Below the pieces are notes generated by a model, which was not told the DNA's origin, did not search any database, and saw only the letters and a list, made by a program, of their open reading frames with translations. A program made the position numbers and the translations under genes. A stretch of DNA of 63,592 bases, the filler included, from Octopus bimaculoides (Eukaryota): NCBI RefSeq assembly GCF_001194135.2. It is 7 parts of 7 records of this genome, joined end to end, with 100 filler letters (N's around TTAATTAATTAA, not from the genome) between each part and the next. Parts side by side here need not be neighbours in the genome. Positions count along the whole stretch, not along the records: positions 19,699 to 33,781 come from NC_068991.1; positions 33,882 to 39,160 come from NC_068994.1; 5 more parts are not named here. One strand, given 5' to 3'. Within the stretch, counting starts at the first letter, position 1. The number at the start of each line of letters is the position of its first letter. Positions 24,566 through 37,050 of this stretch are shown here, piece after piece.

Positions 24566-24741
24566 ATTCTTTTACTTGTTTCAGTCATTTAACTACGGTC
24601 GTGCTGGAGCACCACCGTAGAAGGTATTTTAGTCGAAGAAATTGATTCCAGGACTTATTCTTTGCAAGCCTAATACTTATTCTATCGGTCACATTTGCCG
24701 AACTGCTAATGTTACGGGGGACATAAACATACCAACATCGG
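24566..24741 (-). mobile_element. SINE family A, 3' half
   Basis: Reverse complement matches 19699-19927. Confidence 0.85.
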
Positions 24742-25465
24742 TTGCCAAACTTCACTAGAATGTTCCTCGTACCATTCAGTAACAACCTTTGCTGTGTGAA
24801 TTTGTGCATTATCATTCTGAATGATTGTGCTTCCCTCCGGAAACAGTTCCGCAACCATAGGATGAATTTGATCAGATAAAATGCTTAAATAGTCTTCACT
24901 ATTAATTCTGCTATGAAGGGAAACCATTGGCTCGGCGGATTTCCAAGATATAGCCCCTCCCCCACCACGATATCATCACAGAACCTCCTCCATGTTTGGA
25001 AGAAGGCAGTCTGGGTCAAATGCTACTTTTGGCTGTCTCTACATGTATACTCAGCCGGTGGTCGGAAATAAGGTAAAGGATGACTCGCCCGAGAAAATAA
25101 CATTATTCCACTGCTCTAGGGACTAATTCTGTAGGTTTTTATTCCACTCTAAACGCTTTGCAACGTTTGTTTTTGAAAGTAGTGGTTTTCTGATTGAAGC
25201 CTTCCCGTGAAATCCAGCTTTATGCAGCTCCCGGCGAACAGTTTTTGTGGAAACTGGGTTCTCGAGTGGCCATTAAGCTCCGCAGTAATTTTGAGAGGTG
25301 TACTTTTGTGATCCTTTCTAACAATTCGCATAAGAGTCCAACAGTCCCTGTCTGAATGTTTTGGTTTTCTTCCAGAGTTTTGTTTCGCCGAGGAGGTTTT
25401 TCCCTCTTTCTCAAAAGCTGTCGTTACTTTCGAAACAGTACTTCTTGATAGACCAAACATAAATA
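24742..25465 (-). mobile_element. Tc1-like transposase pseudogene (HTH plus first two catalytic motifs)
   Basis: FGLSRSTVSKVTTAFEKEGKTSSAKQNSGRKPK...KTVRRELHKAGFHG...KRLEW...VIFSGESSF...LSDQIHPMVAELFPEGSTIIQNDNAQIHTAKVV; frameshifted and truncated. Confidence 0.9.
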
Positions 25466-26519
25466 TACAAAAATAAATAAATACACACACACACACACAC
25501 ACACACGCGCGCACAGACACACATATATATATATGTAGGCGTGTATGTATGTACGCATGCATGTATTTCTATATTTATAATTGTATATACCGATTATTGA
25601 CATAAGTTTCGTCTTGCGAACAATTGCAACGTATGCATAGACTCTAATATTATATATAAATATATATTATACTCTACAATGTCTTAGCGTGGCATTGAGT
25701 TCTTTATGTAACATATTTTTATTGTAAGGAACAAATATGCTTTCTCCCCCCCCCTCTCTCCCTCTCTCAAACATACACGCGTGCACATACACATTATTAA
25801 TATTACAGGACTGAAATGGTGATATCTTCCCCTAACAAATATGCTCCTACTAGCGGTATGAGAATGTATAACTCTGGGTTGAATCTGTAAAGTAAACATA
25901 TTCTGTCATGGTATATATGCTAAAGTAAACAAAATATGAGCCAAAATAAACACAATTAAAAGAAGTGTTTTAAATACAAGTTTATTAACATGGATTACGA
26001 TGACAGATTATAATAGACTAGTCCGAATAGCTTGTTAAGTTCCACGTCTATCTATCAATCAATCTATCTATCTATCTATGTCTATCTATCATGCTTATAC
26101 ATGCAAAACGGATCAGAAGAGTTGCAAAGAAATGAATAAATAGATAGTAGAAAGCATTAACAATAACTGCAGGGATCGAACCAAGGTTCTGGCAATATGC
26201 ATGCTTGCGGCCAAGAATAAGTTTTGTTGCATAAAAATAAGGTCATTCTGTCTTCCTTAAATTCTGCCAATTTGTTAATCTTTTAATCTTATCAAGCAAA
26301 AAAACATCATAATTGCTTTGTTTCCCATAATGTCATCACTTGTGTTATAAATTATCTTTTCATGTATTTAGGCTAATTTCTGATTTGAGACCTCCAAGGT
26401 CTCGATCTATTTTTGTAATTTTGATAAAGTATTACGGATGAGGAAGGAAAAGATATTCTAGTTAGTAAAAAAAAAAGAAAGAAAAATGAACAGAGTACTT
26501 TCAGCTCTAACTTTTTTAT

Positions 26520-26720
26520 ACTGTTACTTCTTTTAGGCACTGGACTGCGGCCAGGCTGGGGCACCTCCTTGATGAGTTTAGTCGAATAAATCGATCCCAT
26601 AATCTATTTTTCAAGTCTGGTGTTTATTCTATCGGTATATTTTGCCGAACCACTCTGCTGCAGGAGGTAAACAAACGAACACCGGTTATTCAAATAGTGC
26701 GGAGGAGACACACAGGTGTT
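26520..26720 (-). mobile_element. SINE family A, degenerate 3' half
   Basis: GACTGCGGCCAGGCTGGGGCACC...TATTCTATCGGT...TTGCCGAACC. Confidence 0.7.
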
Positions 26721-26741
26721 TCCACATACGCACGCGCACGC

Positions 26742-26778
<37 letters not shown>

Positions 26779-27261
26779 TATAATTCTCTCTTTTTTCTCT
26801 CTCTCTCTCTCTCCCCCTCTCCCTCTCCCCCCTCTCTCTCTCTGTATATATATATAGTGTTAGGGATAAAATCCAAAATTACAGGTAAAATCTCAATTAA
26901 AATCAATTTATTAAAAATTAGAAATTAAATTAAGTTTCACAGTATAAAATATATATATAAATATATAGTTTTAGGGAAAAGAACCAAGGTTTCCTGAACT
27001 CATTGAGGAAAATCCACAGTCACATATAGAAAAATTAATAATTAAAAGCACAATAAATAAGTATAATATAATACAAAGTAAATATCATAAGATAAAGATA
27101 ATAAAATGACTTATTATCTGTAAGTGATGTCCTTTTGCCATCTTTTCAAACAATGAACTCCATTAGCCAAGGAATACTTGTTCATTTAACACTTTGAATG
27201 TCAAAAGTATTTCGTTCTAAACGTCTATAACTTTATTTTAGTTAGCCTCCAACCCCACTCC

Positions 27262-27577
27262 CTAGCTTAGTTGTTGGAGGGTATTCGCTCACGATCTTAC
27301 GATCGTGAGTTTTACTCCCAGCAGTGCTCTGTGTCTTGAGCAAAACACCTTATTTCACGGTACTCCAGTCCACTGAGCTGGCAAAAATTAGTAGTATCTG
27401 TGTAATTCAAAGGGCCAATCTTGTCACAGTCTGTATCACGCTGAATCTCCCTGAGAACTACCGTAAGGGTACGTATGTTTGCGGAGTGTTCAAACACTTG
27501 CACGTTAATTTCAGGAGCAGGCTGTTCTGTCGATCGGATCAACTAGAACACTCATATTCGTAACCGACGGAGTGCCA
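27262..27577 (+). mobile_element. tRNA-derived SINE family C
   Basis: TGTGTCTTGAGCAAAACACCTTATTTCAC...CAGTCCACTGAGCTGGCAAAAAT core and CGTAACCGACGGAGTGCC tail; matches 36768 and 51363. Confidence 0.8.
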
Positions 27578-28365
27578 TTTAGTTTAGTTAGTTAGCCCCT
27601 GTTTCCTTCGTTTTGATTATCATAAAGCTTTCCTTTCATAGGTCCTAGCTACTCTGGTGGTTGAAAACAAATCAGTCTAGGAATTTATATCATGTATGAT
27701 GCATAGACACCAAGGGAATGCTTCATGAGTATCACACTTGACACGCAGGATAGGGAAAGAGTTAAGACAAAATCTGTTTTGAGAAAAAGTTGACTGCTAT
27801 TTCATGCAGGACAAGCAGCCATGTAGAATCTCCTTGTTTGTCTCGTATTTTTGTCCAATGCAGTGGACATTAACGGTGGAAGAAACCATTCTCAACGATT
27901 AATTAATAGCGATATTCCCGAATTTGGTTAATTATTAAAACATTTCTCATGCTATCAAGATTAGGCCTCAATTAAGTTTTTTGCCTTTAAAATCTAGGCT
28001 ATGATGACCTCTCCCCTGATTAAACCGCTTTGGTGTGATTTTCATTAATTACCGTGTGAAACTCAACTGTCAAGCAGAAGTAATTTAGAATTTAACATTT
28101 AAATTCTTTGTTTCTTCTTCTTTTGCTGGTTTTAGTCTTTGGTCTGCGGCCATGCTGGGACAGCTTTTTCAAGCGTTTTAGTTGATTATATTGTCCCTAA
28201 TACTTTGTCTAGCGCTTATTTTATTGATCCGGTAAGCGATGAAATGTGTTAGTTCACACTGACATTAAAAGGACGCAACGCAGGCAAAATAATACAAGGT
28301 ATTATTTTTCGATGCATGAACAACCATTTTCTGGTAAACACCCCTCGCATATACCTTTGTCACTG

Positions 28366-28423
<58 letters not shown>

Positions 28424-28489
28424 TGTCTCTTTATACATACATACATACATACATACATACATACGTACAGGCATACATGCATAATCTTT

Positions 28490-28675
28490 TCTACTCTAGG
28501 TACAAGGCCCGAAATTTTTGGGGAGAGAGCCAGTCGATTACATCGACCCCAGTACGTAACTGGTACTTAATCGATCCCGGAAGGATGAAAGGCAAACTCG
28601 ATCTCGGCGGAATTTGAACTCAGAACGTAAAGACAGACGAAATACTGCCAAGCGATTCAGCCAGCTCACCGCCTT
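28490..28675 (-). mobile_element. SINE family B
   Basis: Reverse complement of the family B consensus. Confidence 0.85.
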
Positions 28676-30118
28676 ATAATATATATATATTTATATATAA
28701 TGTATATTATATGTGTGTATATATATGCATACGATGAATTTCTACAGAATCTGTCAACCAAATTTTAGCGACAAGGCATTTGTTGACTCAAGACTAGGAT
28801 ATAGTACATTAAACTAATGAGTCGCCACATGAAATCTAAACAGGAAGCAAGCGATTGAGAAACAAATTTCTTAACCAGATGGCCATAATGACTATACCAC
28901 AGTGGTTCTCAACCTTTTGTTGTTCAGCAACCGACCGCCTTTCGCAGAATGGTGTTCTATAAACGCCCCCGATTTATGTTCTTCTGCCACCAAAAATGAA
29001 CTCCAAAAACATCGCGAACTAATATTGAGTACTGGTTGATTATCCATGTTTTCTTATACAATGTCACCCAGCAGGAATATCTTTTAAGATATTTGTGTGG
29101 ATTTGTGCCCCTGCTCCTACTTTGTTAAAATGTTATAGAAATTATTATACAAAAGATGAGGACTTTTATGAGGAAATTGTATTGGACCTTTGGTACATTA
29201 TTAGTCATGTGTCTTACTCATTGATAATACAATGTTCTTTTCATTTTATCCCGACAACGAATTGTTTTGAAATATGTCAAAAAATATATTAATCTGGTTA
29301 ACATATTTTATTTTTAAAGAAATATATCAGCTGTATTAAACATTCAGCACCCTTCCATAGTATTCTCTTGCGAACCGCTTGTGTAGTATAAGAGCTTTCT
29401 TCGTTGCCCTCAGTCCAATGGCTGAAACAAGTAAAAGGTAAGAGATATGACACATCTAGAAACACCCAATGTGTGATTCTTTCTTAAAACACTAATGCGA
29501 CTGAGGGAAATTAGGTTGCTATTTCTTGTGGATAAGTCTTCATCAAGCAGAGCTATGAACGCTTGTGTTCAAGACATGTCCATCCCGTCATTTATTCAAG
29601 TTGTGTCTAGGACTACATTATTTAATAAGATTTTCCGCATTTTTTAGAAAGTAGGTTGAGATGTGTGGGAATTTTGGCTGCTATTTCTAGCAAGTCAAGA
29701 AATTACGTAAAAGTTCACTTTTATTATTTCTAGTTATTCTGCATGAAGCAGAACTTAACACCAACACCCCTACCTCATAAAAACTCACAAAAAAAAAAAA
29801 ACCCGCAGTAAATCCGAAAGAAGTTGAGCCCAATTCTAAAAAGTTTCTCACGTTAAACCAACATATTTTATCGCAGTTATCAGGTTAAATCTTAGTAAAA
29901 TCCAACTAAACTTACCATATTTTTGCTTTTCACCAACAGAAGATTTTGTTTTTGTTTTCCTTAATCTTTTTAGTTCAGTTAGTAAGGTGAAATTCTCTTT
30001 TTATGAAAATAAAAGACGCAAAATTTTTCAGTAATTAAATAACACAGATATTAGTACTGGCCAAAAATTATTCGTTAACTATTTTTCTATATAATCTGCT
30101 GGTTCCCTTTTCACTGTA

Positions 30119-30160
30119 TTATACTGACGAAGTCACATAAGCCGAGACATATGTCCATAG
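30119..30160 (+). ncRNA. Degenerate minimal type-I hammerhead ribozyme motif
   Basis: TTATA-CTGACGA-A-GTC(ACATAA)GCC-GAGA-CATATG-TC-CATAG: core, palindromic stem III ACATATGT and GUC triplet. GAAA is mutated to GAGA. Confidence 0.5.
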
Positions 30161-30270
30161 TCTTCTGTTCTTTGCAAAGAAAAATAAGGATTTCCTTCCC
30201 CTCTCTCCCTTTTCTTTTAAAGTTACAAACGTGGTGTCACGGCTCTCTGGTCAACAGTAGTCACGTGGTT

Positions 30271-30445
30271 CACTTTATTTAGGCGAACGCGTAGATGTGT
30301 AGTTAAGAAGTCAGCTTCGCAAAATATCGTTTCAGGTTCAGTCCTTCGGCGCGGCACCTTGTGTAAGTGTCTACTGATACAACTCCGACCCGACTAATTG
30401 CTTTGTGAATGAATTAGGTAGACGGAATTATGGAAGGCCGTAATA
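30271..30445 (+). mobile_element. SINE family A head (degenerate)
   Basis: GTAGTTAAGAAG...GGTTCAGTCC...GGCACCTTGTGTAAGTGTCT...GGTAGACGGAA. Confidence 0.7.
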
Positions 30446-30549
30446 CACACACACACACACACACCCACACACACACACACACACACGCGCGCATGCACAC
30501 ACATACACACGTACGTACACACACACACACGCACGTACTCACGCGCGCA

Positions 30550-31200
30550 CACACATGTGTGTATAAATGTGTGTGTGTGATGGTTGTCCATTCGTAACCG
30601 GGGAAAACCATCACTGACCATTGTCCATGCAACATGTCAGCAATGCCTGTATGTGAGATTATTCTACCTGCTGTCGACTCCCCCCTGGTTCGCATGAGGC
30701 TTCTATGCTCGCTGAAGTGCCCTTCTACTCGACGAGGCATCGGAAAGTCGCCTCGTTGCCTATTGTATAACGTAATTTTAGGTCCAATAAGATTTTCACA
30801 ACAACTCACTGACCCTCCGCCAAGGCAAAATATTCCGTAGCCATGATCTGAAGAGCAAGTAAAAGATCCCTACATGTTCAATGCCTGTCTCAGCATATCT
30901 GGTTTCATATCAAAGTGACCTTCTTCCAAAGAAATGATTTAAAAGAACCCTAGGAGTGCCTCACTCCTAGAGGTCTTCTAACACACCAGACACCGATCCC
31001 GAATGACTGAGGACCTGTGCTATTGCTAGATAGTCGTTCAAGCTACACTAGGTTCATGCATCCATATGTAACTTGTGACGTCTGTCATGAATGCTACTGG
31101 CAACGTGGAATCTAGCACCACAACCTGTTGCATTGTTAGGTGATTAAACTGACACCTGCACCAGGCGCTTGGGGAGGAAGGTTGCTGGAAACCCAGCAGA
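30550..31200 (-). mobile_element. Possible CR1/L2 apurinic-endonuclease region remnant
   Basis: Only weak motifs (TCSSDH; ITLYNRQRGDF); many stops. Confidence 0.25.
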
Positions 31201-31430
31201 ACGAATATATATATATATATATATAGTGAGTTCAAAAAAGAAAAACGACAAAAAACAACAACGCGAGGACGTGATACAGATATTGTATTACTGGACGCTC
31301 AGGAAAGGAAAGAAAGAGAATTTGACGTTTCGAGCGGAACTCTTCGTCGGTAATATAGGAAAGTCCAAAGAAGGGAAGACGGAGGAAGAAAAAATCGCCA
31401 ACGATATACACGAGGTTACGTTATATATAT

Positions 31431-31476
<46 letters not shown>

Positions 31477-31756
31477 ATATATATATACAGAGGGAGGGAG
31501 AGAGAGAGGCAGAGACAGAGTGAGCGACTTTGTATATCTATATTCTCTATCGAAATTAAATGTCTTTTTGAAGTGATGAAAAACGGTTTGCATTTACATT
31601 TTTGCTCTAATATGTGTATATGTATGCACATACATACGTAGGTACATACATACATACATATGTATATACATACATACATATATATATATATATAAATATA
31701 TATATATATATGTATGGATACTCACACAGACACACACACACATACGTACACACACG

Positions 31757-31832
<76 letters not shown>

Positions 31833-32347
31833 GATACTCACACAGACACACACACACATACGTACACACACATACATACATTCATTCAGGGAGGCTTATG
31901 TAAACACTCCAACACATTTATAAACACGACTGTAAATGCAGACAGTTATATGCATACATGAACATGCACTCATGCAAATGTGCACATGGAGAGAAAATGT
32001 GTTGAGGCATTGGTGTCTAAGAATATTTACGCATTCATGATGTGTATGTTTATATGAACGACTATGACTGCGTGTATAGGAACGTGTCTATCTATCTATC
32101 TATCTATCTGTCTGTCTGTCTCTCTCTCTATCTATCTACATATGTATTGGCATACATACATACATACGCACACACACATATACACACACATATATGTATN
32201 NNNNNNNNNTATATATATATATATATACATATACATATAAATAATACAGAATGGGACAAGAACGCAAAAACATAGATATGCATATATGTATGTTTACATA
32301 TCTATCTAAAAACGGAAACACCTTAAAATTTCAAACAAATTTAATTT

Positions 32348-32707
32348 ACAGTCCAATATTTCAGAAATGAGGAATTATGTACATTATTTACAATTGACGG
32401 ATATTTGTCCTTATCTTGTTTGTTGTTAACACAATGTTTCGGCTGATACATATCATCAGTTGTCTTGGAATTCTCATTCCATTATTATTATTATTATTAT
32501 TATTATTCGAACTTAGAATCTTGAGGTTAGTAGCCCGCGCTCTTGACCACTACGCCATATGCCCGTGAGCAACTATGGAGTGAATTTTATGGCTTATAAA
32601 TCTAATATTTTCCTACCCTTCCTTAATACCGGCTCCCATATGCTACTCATGTCTGCACTCGGTCTGCTTAAGAGGTTGTTGTGTCCTAGCATATGTGCTG
32701 CTTCATT
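32348..32707 (-). mobile_element. Penelope-like element 3' end: ORF C-terminus, tRNA-like segment, (AAT)n, hammerhead, tail
   Basis: 32707-32594 encodes NEAAHMLGHNNLLSRPSADMSSIWEPVLRKGRKILDL*, resembling the PLE post-GIY-YIG EA..I...ISQPS...IW.P.L end. A-box TGGCGTAGTGG; AGTTCGAA; CTGATGA...CAGCCGAAACATTGTGTT. Confidence 0.7.
32428..32463 (-). ncRNA. Minimal hammerhead ribozyme motif, copy 1 (stem II partly deleted)
   Basis: ACAA-CTGATGA-TATGTAT-CAGCC-GAAA-CAT-T-GTGTT. Confidence 0.55.
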
Positions 32708-33336
32708 TAGTCCCGGCGAACAGTTTTTGTGGAAACTGGATTCTCGACGTGGTCATTAGGCTCTGCAGTAATTTTGGGAGATGTACTTTTGTGATACTTT
32801 CTAACAATTCACGTAAGAGTCCGACGGTCCCTATCTGAAAGTTTTGGTTTTCTTCTTGAGTTTTGTTTTGATGAGGAGGTTTTTCCCTCTTTCTCAAAGG
32901 CTGTCATTACTTTCGAGACAGTACTGCTTGATACACCAGACATTTCGGCTGCTTTCGTTACGCTAGGGCCTGCCATACAAGCATCAGCAATTTGACATCT
33001 TTGAAAGTCTGATACATCTGTCATTTTAATGAATTTTAATTACCTTTTTTCTCATGATATCTGAAAAGAAACAGCAATTTTAGCAAAACATATTAAGCAA
33101 CACTAATAATGAATAAAAAAANNNNNNNNNNNNNNNNNNNNNNNNNNNNNNNNNNNNNNNNNNNNNNNNNNNNNNNNNNNNNNNNNNNNNNNNNNNNNNN
33201 NNNNNNNNGCAACACTAATAATGAATAAAAAAAACATAAAAATGAACAAGCTTTTGACGGTTTTATAGATATTTCAAAATTTTGAAGCTATGATGCTAGG
33301 TGTTTCCATTATTTTGTCCAACGTCTGTATCTGTCG

Positions 33337-33386
<50 letters not shown>

Positions 33387-33632
33387 ATAATATAATTAAG
33401 TAATATAATTACGTTTATATTTGCCTGATTTCTAAGTAGTTGTGTATATCGCTATTTAATCCGTGAACGAAGATAAATCTCATTTCTCTATGAACTTATC
33501 TATATATGCATCAAGTAGTTCCTTTAGGTAAGCGTTTCTGTGTATGCGGATGTGTATGAACGAATATACTGATATAATCGCTATATACAAGCATAACATA
33601 ACTATAAGCGTATATATACACACATATATACA

Positions 33633-33701
<69 letters not shown>

Positions 33702-35284
33702 ATATATATATATGTGTGTGTGTGTGTCTGTTTGTGTGTCTGTGTTTGTCCCCCCAACATCGCTTGACAACCGATGCCGGTNNNNNNNNNNNNNNNNNNN
33801 NNNNNNNNNNNNNNNNNNNNNNNNNTTAATTAATTAANNNNNNNNNNNNNNNNNNNNNNNNNNNNNNNNNNNNNNNNNNNNATATATATATATATATATA
33901 TAGTCGACTTCACTTCAAAATCTCACGGCTCCCTGCAACTGGTTTCTGTGTTCCTCCTTGGATCCTAGGTTCCTCCATTTTTATCCGATCGTTTCAACCC
34001 TCGTATTTATTTCAATGAATTTTAAAATCTCCTATATTTCGGGAAAACATTCGAAGATCAGTGCCATTGTCTGTAACAAGGGTACATGCATTATTGTGCG
34101 GCTAAGAATCTTCTCTCGGAAGCACGTGGTGGCGGGACATCTTAGAAGAATCGTTTGAGCATCAGATAAAATGCCTTGCGGTAATTTTTCCGGCTTCCTA
34201 CTTTCTGACTTCAAACACTGTCGGAGCCAGCTTCGCTTTTCATCCCTCGGGGACCGTTAAAACAAAGTTCCAGTCTGAGGTCGATGATAATGACTAGTCC
34301 TGTCCCCTCAAATTCATTACCCTTGTGCCTACATTAAGGATCATTTAAAGATATAGGGTATTTAGTATAAATCACACACTGTGCCTTTTCTTTGGTTTTT
34401 TTCCTTTTTTTTTAAGTAGTATAATAATTTGTGGTTTGAAGGAGATTTGGATACTATTTCCAGCAAGTAGAACGACAGTATGGAGATTTTCTCGTTTCAA
34501 GTTTTATATTCTCTTTATTTTCATTTTCATTTCATTTTATTTTGATTTTATTTTATTTTATTTTATTTTATTTTGGAGATCGTTGTGGGAGGTTGTTTAA
34601 TTTATCACCCACGAGCTATGCTGAGGGAAGAGTAGAAGATGCTAGCCACAATCGCTTATCTGTGGTAAGCAGCTGATTTTCTAATCAGCACCAACCTTCA
34701 CATTCATTCATATCTCAGATAATTAGGACGGCATTCATGACAAGGACATAGCATTATAAATAGCTTATTGTAGCTGTTTATAACAGTTGTGTTCGTTCGC
34801 TTTTCCCTTCGTTGTTTGCTACAAGGCATTACATGGAGATTTACAATCATTTTTGTTTTTAATTATCTCTTACAGATTTTTTACAGAAACTAAAGCCAGC
34901 ACGGAAATCTACGACAGTTACGAATACGTCTATGTAAACATTGCGATCGAAGATAAAAAAAAATAGGTAAAGGCTGTATATGCACATTTCAAGAGTTCTT
35001 GTTCCTTCTTCAGTGCCACAGGCAACTCATTAATGATCCATCAGCACATTGCTTAAATAGCAACTAAATATAGCGTTTTAACAAAACAGGATAGAACAAT
35101 TTTACTTATTGATTTCAAATTTTGGCACAAGGCCAGCAATTTCGTGATAGAGGATAAGTCGATTACATCGATACCAATACTCAACTGTAAGATTATTGAG
35201 AGCTTGTAGATACCTACGGTTACAGGTAGTAACATGCCACCCACATAAATTCTACCAGGAATAAAACCTAAACCTAAGTCAGGT

Positions 35285-35343
<59 letters not shown>

Positions 35344-35344
35344 G

Positions 35345-35552
35345 TCTACTATAGGCACAAGGTTTGAAATTTTGGGAGAGGAGACCAGTCGATTATATCG
35401 ACCTCAGTGCGCAACTAGTCCTTAATTTATCGATCCCGAAAAGATGAAAAGTGAAGTCGAGCTCGGCAGAATTTGAACTCAGAACGTAGCGGCAGACGAA
35501 ATACCGCTAAGCATTTCGTCCGACGTACTAACGATTCTGCCAGCTCGTCACC
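35345..35552 (-). mobile_element. SINE family B (young copy) with (AAT)n tail
   Basis: GAATTTGAACTCAGAACGTAGCGGCAGACGAAATACCGCTAAGCATTTCG...GATTCTGCCAGCTCG. Confidence 0.9.
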
Positions 35553-35942
35553 TCAGACCAATTTTACATATTAAATACATTCTTAGCACTGTTTACATAA
35601 ACGTCTTCCTAAATGAAATGTAACATTCAGTACTGACTCTTTTTTCTACGGAAAGCCTTTCTTATTTCTAGTTCTTATGTCTATAGAAACGCAGTTAAAT
35701 CATTTTTAAAAGTGAGTTAATCGCACTGCTAACACAGGTGGGACGCAGTATTGTCTTTAAAAAGCCTTTAATTTACCTGGTAGTGTATTGTGGTTGCATG
35801 ATAAAATGATGTCCCTACCAGTAATTAATAGGGGGTTTACTATGATTGGAGCAAAGTTCCAATTTCTGGCATGATCCACTATTAATAGGTAATGGTGTTG
35901 TTAATTGTTGTTGTAGCAGTTGTTGTTGTTGTTGTTGTTGTT

Positions 35943-36652
35943 GAAGTCCGTCAGACCTGTTCGAGACAACCTTCTGTTATTAACATTCCAGCTGAAACCA
36001 TCCTGTATTTTGTTTTTGTACACACATACACACACACAAGCAAGTATACACACACAAATACACACATACACACACATACATACACACACATTCACATACA
36101 TACACACACACACACGCACGCACACACGCGCACACACATCAGGAACTACACTGCCTGTTGTGTCTGTCCTCGTTGACGTATTTGTTTCTGTTGTTATTGT
36201 CGGTTAAGTCCAAGCCTGTTCGAGATGACCTTTCGTCACAGACATTCCAGCCGAGGCCATCCTGTTATTTTGTGGGAAAGTGTAAATCAGAAAATACGTT
36301 GTTATATGCTTGTTGTACTTGTTGTCTAGACCCAAGCCTGCTCCAGACGACTTAACGTTGCCGACATTCCAACTGCGACCATCCCTTCCGTATATCAGAA
36401 ACTGCAGCGACGATTGCATCCTTGTTGTTTCTTTTGTTGTCGCGGTCGTTTAAGCCCAACCCTGCTCCAGAAGACGTTGCTATGGTGTTGTTGTTGTTGT
36501 TGTTGCTGCTGCTGCTGCTGCTGCTGTTGTTGTTGTTGTTGTTGTTGTTGTTGCTGTTGCTACAGTTATTGTTATTGTAATCGTTTAGACCCTAGTCATC
36601 AAGACGGAGCCGACTTATCACGAAAGGTATTCTTGCCATGACCATCCCGTCG
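35943..36652 (-). repeat. Cluster of five diverged ~70-bp units, each abutting (GTT)n
   Basis: Shared AAGYCCAAGCCTGYTC...ACATTCCARCYG...CCATCC at 35943, 36199, 36321, 36445 (partial) and 36581. Confidence 0.75.
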
Positions 36653-36767
36653 TTTGATACATCCAGAATTACATTGTTCGTTGAGCAATGATTGGAAAGG
36701 CGGGGAATAGATTTCTCTGTTATTTCTAACAGACCGAGCGAGTGCGTACGAGGACCTCCCCTCAGAT

Positions 36768-37050
36768 GGTCGGGTGGTGTGCTCGTGGTTAGCGTATCCA
36801 GCTCGCAGTCGTAAGGTCATGAGTTCGCTTCCCGACGGCGTGTTGTGTCCTTGAGCAAGACACTTTATTTCACGTTGCTTCAGTCCACTCAGCTGGCAAA
36901 AATGAGTTGTACCAGTAATTCAAAGGGTCCAGCCTTGTCAAATACGATCTGTTACGCTGGATCTCTCTGAGAACTACGTTAAGGGTACGCGTGTCTGTGG
37001 AGTACTCAACCATTTTCATGTTAATTCTACGAGCAGGCCGTTCTGTTCAC
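36768..37050 (+). mobile_element. SINE family C
   Basis: GTGGTTAGCG...GAGTTCGCTTCC B-box, GTGTCCTTGAGCAAGACACTTTATTTCAC core. Confidence 0.85.

Larger units (their letters stand above)
32314..33329 (-). mobile_element. Tc1-like element with both ends, centre replaced by a Penelope-like insertion
   Basis: Left TIR (TA)CAGACGTTGGACAAAATAATGGAAACACCT at 33298-33329. ORF from 33024: MTDVSDFQRCQIA...TVSKVMTAFEKEGKTSSSKQNSRRKPKLSDRDRRTL, cut at 32709. Other-end remnant GGAAACACCTTAAAATTTCAAAC at 32314-32347. Confidence 0.8.

Noticed and set aside
30950-30970. 9-bp hairpin CTAGGAGTG-CCT-CACTCCTAG
   Set aside because: An isolated stem of this size is plausible by chance in 64 kb and lies in a probable LINE remnant; no U-tract or context.
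31704-31872. Duplicated TATGGATACTCACACAGACAC block around (AT)n
   Set aside because: Ordinary slippage duplication in a compound microsatellite.
33097-33233. Direct repeat GCAACACTAATAATGAATAAAAAAA on both sides of a gap
   Set aside because: Most likely unmerged contig overlap.
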